From the NCBI GenBank assembly GCA_042216015.1, contig JBDGUI010000037.1, forward strand, positions 1 through 24,661: a DNA stretch of 24,661 nucleotides, written 5' to 3'. How positions within the stretch are numbered: the stretch's first letter is position 1; every line of letters begins with the position of its first letter. The notes under the pieces were generated by a model. It was not told the DNA's origin and ran no database searches. It saw only the letters and a list, made by a program, of their open reading frames with translations. The translations under genes were made by a program, and so were the position numbers. The stretch is from Halodesulfurarchaeum sp. GTDB taxonomy: Archaea; Halobacteriota; Halobacteria; Halobacteriales; Halobacteriaceae. Shown in pieces: positions 18,196 to 24,661 of the stretch.

Positions 18196-18288
18196 TCCCC
18201 GCGAGGGCCCCGGAGGCGTTCGCCGGTGGAATGGGTCGGGGGTTCGGGAAACGACATGATTAATTATGTGGGAGTCACCGGGTGCAGT

Positions 18289-18405
18289 ATGCCACAGGGC
18301 AGGTTCGAGTGCTATCGATGTGGGTGTGAGGTCACCGATCCGAACAGTCGCGTCTGTCCAGAATGTGACGGCGCGCTCAGCGACCGGGGCTGGCCCGTCG
18401 AGTGA
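18289..18405 (+). CDS. Small CPxCG-related zinc-finger / rubredoxin-like microprotein (38 aa)
   Basis: MPQGRFECYRCGCEVTDPNSRVCPECDGALSDRGWPVE*, with two CxxC motifs. It ends 3 nt before the gdh ATG and has TTAATTAT ~25 nt upstream. Not in the supplied ORF track. Confidence 0.75.
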   Translation: MPQGRFECYRCGCEVTDPNSRVCPECDGALSDRGWPVE

Positions 18406-18408
18406 TCG

Positions 18409-19701
18409 ATGTCCTCCGATACCGTCGACACCGTCGACACCGAGGACGAATCTGTACACGAGACACCTTCCCCCCAGGAAACCGCCCTGAAGCAACTGCG
18501 GCGGGCGGCCGCGGAGATCGACGTCTCCGAGTACATCATCGAGCGGCTGTCACATCCCCATGCCGTTCACGAGGTCACCGTTCCGATGGAACACGACGAC
18601 GGGAGCCACTCGATGTATACGGGCTACCGGGTGCACCACAACGCGGTTCGAGGCCCCTACAAGGGTGGCCTTCGGTATCACCCGGAGGTGAGCCGCGAGG
18701 AGTCCATCGGCCTCGCGATGTGGATGACCTGGAAGTGTGCGGTCATGGACCTGCCCTTCGGCGGTGGGAAAGGGGGCGTGGCCGTGGATCCGAAGTCCCT
18801 CTCCGAGGCGGAGACCGAGCGGCTGACCCGCCGCTTCACCGAGGAGATCCGGGACGTCATCGGCCCGACGAAGGATATCCCGGCCCCGGACATGGGGACC
18901 AACGCCCAGACGATGGCCTGGGTGATGGACGCCTACAGCATGCAACAGGGCGAAACGGTCCCGGGCGTCGTCACGGGGAAACCGCCGGTGATCGGCGGGA
19001 GCGAGGGGCGAGCGGGTGCCCCGGGACGCAGCGTCGCCATCATCACCCGCGAAGCCCTCGAGCACTACGACACGCCGATCGAGCGGGCGACCGTCGCGGT
19101 CCAGGGTTACGGAAGCGTGGGCGCGAATGCCGCCAGACTTCTCTCGGACTGGGGAGCGACGGTCGTCGCGGTCAGCGACGTGAACGGCGCAGCATACGAT
19201 GACTCCGGGCTCGATCCCCACGAAATCCCGTCCCACGACGAGGTGCCCGAGGCCGTGACCGAGGAGGCAACCACCGTCATCGAGAACGAGGCGCTCCTGG
19301 GACTCGACGTCGACGTGTTGATTCCGGCGGCGGTCAGTAACGCGCTCACCGCAGACACCGTCGATTCCGTCCGGGCCGAGATGGTGGTCGAGGGGGCAAA
19401 CGGGCCCACCTCGGCCGCCGCGGACCGGGCACTCGAACGGCGCGAAATCCCAGTCATCCCCGACATCCTGGCCAACGCGGGCGGCGTGACGGTGAGCTAT
19501 TACGAGTGGCTCCAGGACATCAACCGGCGATCCTGGTCCCTCGAGCGGGTCAACCGGGAACTCGAATCCGACATGCAGGCGGCCTGGCGGGCGGTACGGA
19601 GCGCCCACGAAACTCACGACGTGCCGTGGCGACTCGCGGCCTACATCGTCGCCCTCGAACGGCTCGAGGAGGCCCACGAGGCCCGCGGTCTCTGGCCTTG
19701 A
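18409..19701 (+). CDS. gdh: Glutamate dehydrogenase (Glu/Leu/Phe/Val dehydrogenase family)
   Basis: [66 protein letters not shown]. Confidence 0.95.
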   Translation: MSSDTVDTVDTEDESVHETPSPQETALKQLRRAAAEIDVSEYIIERLSHPHAVHEVTVPMEHDDGSHSMYTGYRVHHNAVRGPYKGGLRYHPEVSREESIGLAMWMTWKCAVMDLPFGGGKGGVAVDPKSLSEAETERLTRRFTEEIRDVIGPTKDIPAPDMGTNAQTMAWVMDAYSMQQGETVPGVVTGKPPVIGGSEGRAGAPGRSVAIITREALEHYDTPIERATVAVQGYGSVGANAARLLSDWGATVVAVSDVNGAAYDDSGLDPHEIPSHDEVPEAVTEEATTVIENEALLGLDVDVLIPAAVSNALTADTVDSVRAEMVVEGANGPTSAAADRALERREIPVIPDILANAGGVTVSYYEWLQDINRRSWSLERVNRELESDMQAAWRAVRSAHETHDVPWRLAAYIVALERLEEAHEARGLWP

Positions 19702-19723
19702 CCGCCCCTGTTACCGGTCGGAA

Positions 19724-20296
19724 TCACAGGAGCCCCTCGTGTTCGGCCAGCAAGAGTCCCTCGAGCGTCGCGTCGTTTGCCGGCTCCGCCCGTGCCAGTT
19801 CGATCGCTTCGTCCCGGGGGACCTGTCGAATCGAGAGAAACTCGTTGTCGTCGAGCCGACGGGTCCCCCCGCCGAGATCGGTCGCGAGCACGATTCCCCG
19901 CTCGTGGCGCAGGACCCCGGTCGCGACATCGATCCGCTGGAGCACTCGGGTAGTTTCGGGGACCCGCCCGGTCTCCTCTTCGAGTTCCCGTCGGGCGGCC
20001 TCGTCGTAGTCCTCACCGTTCTCGACGATTCCGGCCGGGAGTTCGAGACAGTGCTCGCGGATCGTCGGCCGGTACTGTTCGACGAACAGGATCGAGTCCC
20101 CTTCGATGGCGACGATGATCACCGCAGGCGGCAACGCCGCCCAGTAGTACCGTTTTTCTGAGCCATCGGGCTGCTCGACGCGGTCGTAACCGCCGTCGTA
20201 CCACCCCGTCTCGTACTCGGTCACGCTCTCCCGAACCGGCCACTCTTCGGATTCTCCCCGTTGATTCCCCGGTGGACGCTCGACTGGGTCGGTCAT
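19724..20296 (-). CDS. NUDIX hydrolase (ADP-ribose pyrophosphatase-like)
   Basis: VEQYRP, then ELPAGIVENGEDYDEAARRELEEETG (Nudix box). The start overlaps the upstream stop (ATGA at 20293-20296). Confidence 0.92.
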   Translation of the reverse strand: MTDPVERPPGNQRGESEEWPVRESVTEYETGWYDGGYDRVEQPDGSEKRYYWAALPPAVIIVAIEGDSILFVEQYRPTIREHCLELPAGIVENGEDYDEAARRELEEETGRVPETTRVLQRIDVATGVLRHERGIVLATDLGGGTRRLDDNEFLSIRQVPRDEAIELARAEPANDATLEGLLLAEHEGLL

Positions 20297-20718
20297 TTCC
20301 CCTCCAGCATCGACCGGTAGTGCCGGCCGAATGCCTGTCTCTTCACCGCCGAAACGGCTGCATCGGTTCGATCCTCGAAGGAGACAGCCACCACCACTTC
20401 CCGTGGCCAGACGGGATGCCACGCACGCCCCGAGACTGGTTCGGTCCCGGCGAGTTCGACGTCGAAGTCCTCCTGCTCGGCGAGCCAGGACTCCCAGGCC
20501 TCTGTCGTGCCGACCTGGACTTCGAGCAACGAGGCAAAGAGCGCCTGCTGGGCGGTTTCGATGGTCTCGCTGTCGATCAGGTCGCGGTACTCGGTCCGTG
20601 TGTCGGCGTTCGCCTCGGCAATCTCCTTCGTGACGGTCTCGGCGACCGGAGCGAGCGACCCGTATTGCTCTCTCACCGCCGCCTCGGTTTCCGGCGTGAA
20701 GTGCCCCCGTATCTCCAT
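20293..20718 (-). CDS. Conserved haloarchaeal hypothetical protein (DUF5809-like)
   Basis: Acidic 141-aa ORF with ALFASLLEVQVGT and AV.AVKRQAFGRHYR, translationally coupled to the NUDIX gene. Confidence 0.75.
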   Translation of the reverse strand: MEIRGHFTPETEAAVREQYGSLAPVAETVTKEIAEANADTRTEYRDLIDSETIETAQQALFASLLEVQVGTTEAWESWLAEQEDFDVELAGTEPVSGRAWHPVWPREVVVAVSFEDRTDAAVSAVKRQAFGRHYRSMLEGK

Positions 20719-20802
20719 GATGGTGTGATTGGGGGTGAACAGACTACACGCTTGTGGCTTGGAGTGGCCCGGTTGCCCCTCACCAGATCCGATCGATCGG
20801 GG

Positions 20803-21315
20803 TCACTGGGACAGGTCGGACGTCGCTTCGACCGGCAGCGCCCTGGCCATCAGGAGTGCATCTTCGCCGTCGGGATAGTACCCCTGGTGGCGGGCGAGCA
20901 CCTCGAAGCCCGCCGCGCTGTACAGGGACCGAGCCCGCTCGTTGCTCGGCCTGACCTCGAGTCGCACACGGGAAGCCTTTTGGCCGGCCAGTACCCGCAT
21001 CGCGCCGTCGAGAAGCCGTCGGCCTCGACCTGCCCCCTGCAACTCGGGCCTGACGGCGAGATCCTTGATGTGTCCGAATCGGTTCCCCCGAAGTTCGACC
21101 GATTCGGCCACGACGTAGCCGGCGATTTCCTCGCCCAGTTCGGTCCCGCCGGGATCCTCGAGGACGAGAAAGCCGGGCGAATCGAGAAACGACTCGAACG
21201 TCGCGTGATCCCACGGTCGGTCGAAGGTTCGCCGCTCGATCCGGAGGACCCCGAGCAGATCTGCCGGCTCGACGTGGCGGAGTCGCCCGCGGGATCGTGG
21301 CGCGTCGACCGTCAC
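20803..21315 (-). CDS. rimI: RimI-like GNAT N-acetyltransferase
   Basis: IERRTFDRPW, GHIKDLAVRPELQGAGRG, LEVRPSNERARSLY, YYPDGEDALLM. Start uncertain (GTG 21315 chosen). Confidence 0.85.
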   Translation of the reverse strand: MTVDAPRSRGRLRHVEPADLLGVLRIERRTFDRPWDHATFESFLDSPGFLVLEDPGGTELGEEIAGYVVAESVELRGNRFGHIKDLAVRPELQGAGRGRRLLDGAMRVLAGQKASRVRLEVRPSNERARSLYSAAGFEVLARHQGYYPDGEDALLMARALPVEATSDLSQ

Positions 21316-21407
21316 GGTTCGTGATCGGAACTCGCTCACGAAGAGTCTCACGGTGCCCCCGGGAACGAACGAAAAGGGTCATGGCCGGCCCCCCCGCGTC
21401 TACGAGC

Positions 21408-21908
21408 ATGTTCAGAAGTGGAGCCTTCGTGGCCGATCAGTTGGGCGACGTCGAAGCCGAACAGGTCCAGCCCAACGGGGTCGACCTTCGACTCGACGCC
21501 ATTCTCGAACCGGTCGAGCCCGGCTCGATTTTTCGTGACGGCACGACGATCGGCGAGCGAGACCCCCTCGAGACGGTGGCACTCGAGGACGGGGACGGGA
21601 GCGAGAGTCGGGAGGGCTACCGTCTCGACCCGGGCGGATACGTCCTCCAGTACGCCGAGACCGTCTCGATCCCCGAGGAACACGTTGGATTTCTGCTCCC
21701 CCGATCCTCGCTCATGCGAAACGGTGTCATGTTGAACACGGCGGTCTGGGATGCGGGATACACCGGCAGAGGCGAGGGGCTGTTGCAGGTCCACCACGAG
21801 ATCGAGCTCGAACGTGGGGCCCGGGTCGCCCAACTGGTTCTCGCTGCCGCCGATCACGAGGGGACCTACGCGGGCAGCTACCAGGGCGAGCGGCTGGACC
21901 GAGCCTGA
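21408..21908 (+). CDS. dut: Archaeal dUTPase (trimeric dUTPase/dCTP deaminase superfamily)
   Basis: QVQPNGVDL, PRSSLMR, AVWDAGYTG, RVAQLV and C-terminal Y.GSYQGE. Confidence 0.85.
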   Translation: MFRSGAFVADQLGDVEAEQVQPNGVDLRLDAILEPVEPGSIFRDGTTIGERDPLETVALEDGDGSESREGYRLDPGGYVLQYAETVSIPEEHVGFLLPRSSLMRNGVMLNTAVWDAGYTGRGEGLLQVHHEIELERGARVAQLVLAAADHEGTYAGSYQGERLDRA

Positions 21909-21953
21909 ACGGGGGCTGCTGTGGGGCGCTTTAACAGGCCGGCTCGCATGCTG

Positions 21954-21963
21954 AAACTTATAT
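21954..21963 (+). promoter_or_regulatory. BRE/TATA box of the surface-protein gene
   Basis: GAAACTTATAT ~25-30 nt before ATG 21988. Confidence 0.55.
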
Positions 21964-21987
21964 GCGTTGGCGGAACGAAGGTCGGGC

Positions 21988-24420
21988 ATGTCGGTTTCCG
22001 CGGCCCGGGCCCTCGTCATTTTCGCCCTGCTCGGGGCGATCGGGTTCGGCGCCGCAGTCTCTCCCGCCGGGGCTCAGAGCGCCGTGACGTTCGTCGACTC
22101 GGACGTAACCGCCGATACGACCTGGACCGCGGAGGAGGGTCCCTACCGGCTGGTCGGAAACGTGACCGTCGCCTCGAACGCGACGCTCACTGTCGGGCCG
22201 GGGACGACCGTCGAGTTCGCCGAAGGCGTCACGCTGTCGGTCGCGGGGGAGTTCGTCACGAGTGGAACGGAATCCTCCCCAGTCAGGTTGATCGCCTCCA
22301 GACCCATTTCGACGCCCGGGTCGTGGGGGTCGATCCGGACGGTCGGCTCGGAGTCCCCGATCGTCTCGCTCACCCACACCGAGGTCGCCCACGCGACCAA
22401 CGGAATCTCGATTCAGACCGCCGATTCGACCCTGCGAATCTCAGAGACGGTTTTCACCTCGATTTCGGGAAGCGGAATTCGTGTGAAACGTGCCGACGCT
22501 CGAACCGAACTCGCGGTTCGTGAGAGTCGGTTCCAGCACGTCGGCAACGGGATCGTGGCCGGCCGCACCGACCTCATTCCGGTCGAGACCGCCTCGAACT
22601 GGTCGATTACCCATTCGACCTTCTCGAGTGTCGACGGGACTGGCGTTCGGATCGAGGCGGACCGGATCACGCGGTTCACCCTCCGGGCCAATGTATTCGA
22701 TGGGATGGCGGTGAATGCCGTTCGTCTCGAATCAGAGCGAATCAGGGCGGCCGAAATTCGCTCGAACCGGGTGACCGACTCCACCCGGGCCGTGAGCGTC
22801 GAAACCGCCGACGTGAGTGTCTTCGCGATCGCCGGGAACGAGTTTTCCGTCTCCGGGACGGCCGTCGACCTTCGCCTCGAACGGAACGTCTTCGGCCTTC
22901 GGATCGCCGACAATCGGATCGTGGGAGGCGGGACTGGCGTGGCCATCGTGCACGACCCGCGACGAGATGGCTTTTACTCCTTCGACCTCTCGGTGACTGA
23001 AAACGAGATCCGCGGCCAGGAGAAGAGCGGAATTCGACTGGCGACCTCGGCCTTCTCGGACTCGAGCATGTCGATCCGGAACAACACCGTGGCGGAGAAC
23101 GGCCGGTACGGGATCCGACTGACCGTCGATGCCTTCCAGGATGCCGTGGTCGCGGACAACCGGATCAGAAAGAACGGATACAGCGGGCTTTCGATGACCG
23201 CGTGGGAGGTTAGAAACACGATCGTCCGCGGAAACCTCGTGCAGAGTAACGGGGCGTCGGGGATCGAAATCGTGGCGCGCTCGACGATGGAGGGAGTCAC
23301 CGTGACGGGGAACGAACTCCTCGACAACGCCCGGGAGGGCCTTTTGATTCGAAGCGGGCACCAGACCGACGGTCGGTACACCGTGCGGGAGAACGTCGTC
23401 GCCGCGAACGCTTACGGGATCGTCCTCACCGGCCCACAGACCGGGGTCCTCTCGAAGAACTCGATCGTCTTCAACACCGTTGGCTACTGGGAGCGGGAAC
23501 CGCGCCCCGACGCCGATCCCGGGATCGGGGTCCTGGTCACCGACAACGCGACGCATATCGAACTCGTCCGAAACGACATCTATGGCAACCGGGTCGGCCT
23601 GCAGACGTCGATCGAGGGGACGGTATCGGCTGCGGGGAACTACTGGGGTGCCGAATCGGGGCCGTACCACCGATCGATCAATCCCGAGGGGGAGGGGAAC
23701 GCCGTCGTGACCCACACCGGCTGGGTCGACCTCGTCGAGGTCCGGACGGAGCCCGTCAGCGAGCGGTATTGGCGACCTAATGTGACCCTCTCGATCGACC
23801 CGAATCCGGCGTGGCCGGGCCAACGGGTACGGATTTCGGCGGCGGGATCCAGCGACCGGGACGGGGCGATCAGCACCTATCGGTTCACGATTGGGGGTCA
23901 CACGACGGGCACGAACCGACCCCTTCGAACGGTCACCTACACGGCGCTCGGTTCCTACCCCGTTTCCCTCTGGGTCGAGGACGGTATGGGGATCGAGAGT
24001 GCCAAACCGGCGACGGCACTGCTCCGGATCGAACCCCAGCCGACGACGACGGAGCCGACGACAGCGGTGACGACGACTCAGCCGCCGACCGTCGTGACGA
24101 CGGCACGGACCACAGTCCCGCCACAGCCTCCCGAGGGCGGAGGACCGGGCCTCCTCGGCTGGACCGGGGCCGGACTCGGGGCGATCCTCTACGGCATCGC
24201 CGTCGTGTTCGGGGCTCGGGGGATGTACGAAACACTCACCGAAAAGCCGCTATCGGTCCGCGGGAGGCGAATTCAGGTCCTGGCTTTTGCCGGTGTCACG
24301 GTCTGGGCGGTGGCCTCCGTGATGGGGCCGTCGGTCCTGCGAATGGTCGCCGCAATCGGACTGCTCTCGTGGGGGGTGCTCACCGGGTTCGCGTTCGCCC
24401 TGGTGAAATTCCGCCGATAG
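21988..24420 (+). CDS. Secreted/membrane-anchored right-handed beta-helix repeat protein with PKD domain and Thr-rich linker
   Basis: Signal peptide (ending ...SPAGAQ), parallel beta-helix repeats (N.I..N...GI), GNYWG..GP motif, PKD-like S.DRDGAI..Y...Y.VSL.VED, TTT/P-rich linker and three C-terminal hydrophobic segments ending KFRR. Confidence 0.85.
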   Translation: MSVSAARALVIFALLGAIGFGAAVSPAGAQSAVTFVDSDVTADTTWTAEEGPYRLVGNVTVASNATLTVGPGTTVEFAEGVTLSVAGEFVTSGTESSPVRLIASRPISTPGSWGSIRTVGSESPIVSLTHTEVAHATNGISIQTADSTLRISETVFTSISGSGIRVKRADARTELAVRESRFQHVGNGIVAGRTDLIPVETASNWSITHSTFSSVDGTGVRIEADRITRFTLRANVFDGMAVNAVRLESERIRAAEIRSNRVTDSTRAVSVETADVSVFAIAGNEFSVSGTAVDLRLERNVFGLRIADNRIVGGGTGVAIVHDPRRDGFYSFDLSVTENEIRGQEKSGIRLATSAFSDSSMSIRNNTVAENGRYGIRLTVDAFQDAVVADNRIRKNGYSGLSMTAWEVRNTIVRGNLVQSNGASGIEIVARSTMEGVTVTGNELLDNAREGLLIRSGHQTDGRYTVRENVVAANAYGIVLTGPQTGVLSKNSIVFNTVGYWEREPRPDADPGIGVLVTDNATHIELVRNDIYGNRVGLQTSIEGTVSAAGNYWGAESGPYHRSINPEGEGNAVVTHTGWVDLVEVRTEPVSERYWRPNVTLSIDPNPAWPGQRVRISAAGSSDRDGAISTYRFTIGGHTTGTNRPLRTVTYTALGSYPVSLWVEDGMGIESAKPATALLRIEPQPTTTEPTTAVTTTQPPTVVTTARTTVPPQPPEGGGPGLLGWTGAGLGAILYGIAVVFGARGMYETLTEKPLSVRGRRIQVLAFAGVTVWAVASVMGPSVLRMVAAIGLLSWGVLTGFAFALVKFRR

Positions 24421-24661
24421 AACGTCGGCAGCGAGACGCCCCGCGGCTGGAAACGTTACCATTGGGGACGGTATTGGAGAAATGATTGCACGTGAGGGTC
24501 TGACACCGCTATTTTTTGCTCCCTCGAACAACTTGAGATCCGATATATGGCCGTTTCATCACTGGAATTGGGGGTTGGCTCGGGCGTTTGCGGTCTTGGG
24601 GCGGTGTAAAAAGCCCCTTGTATATAGGGTGAGCTACTACCCGGGTTCCGATCATTAGTTT

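Noticed and set aside
16798..18495. N-terminal ~565 aa of the 725-aa minus-strand ORF, suggesting a PUA fusion
   Set aside because: Antisense to RNase R. Only the last 159 aa (ATG 16797) are the real PUA protein.
1..24661. CRISPR arrays, IS elements, integrases or tRNA genes
   Set aside because: No regularly spaced repeats, transposase/integrase ORFs, terminal inverted repeats or tRNA cloverleafs were seen.
24421..24661. AT-richer tail with AAAAG...TGTATATA
   Set aside because: Probably the promoter of a gene beyond the window, so it cannot be assigned. The short ORFs here are not convincing.

Overview
A GC-rich haloarchaeal (class Halobacteria) chromosomal segment, judged from acidic proteins, leaderless ATG starts about 25-30 nt behind TATA-like boxes, and haloarchaea-type gene families. 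Most of the window is housekeeping: NifU-like protein, EamA transporter, uvrA, aldo/keto reductase, XPB/Rad25-like helicase, geranylgeranyl reductase-family protein, sepF, REC-PAS-PAS histidine kinase, PUA protein, RNase R, a zinc-finger microprotein with glutamate dehydrogenase, NUDIX, RimI-like acetyltransferase, dUTPase and a large beta-helix/PKD surface protein. The outstanding region is 4856-7349. A protein-only RNase P (HARP, 'RNA ligase partner' family) is divergent from a Pab1020/Rnl3-type RNA ligase. Directly downstream lies an unannotated ~445-nt candidate noncoding RNA (~6905-7349, + strand) with its own BRE/TATA promoter, a palindromic operator-like site, a 5'/3' closing stem, GNRA tetraloops, two T-loop hairpins on a four-way junction and a U-tract end. 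It lacks the RNase P RNA, SRP RNA, tRNA, rRNA and C/D signatures I checked by eye. I propose it is a dedicated substrate or partner of a HARP + RNA ligase cut-and-circularise system. All assignments come from reading the sequence; no searches or folding programs were run.
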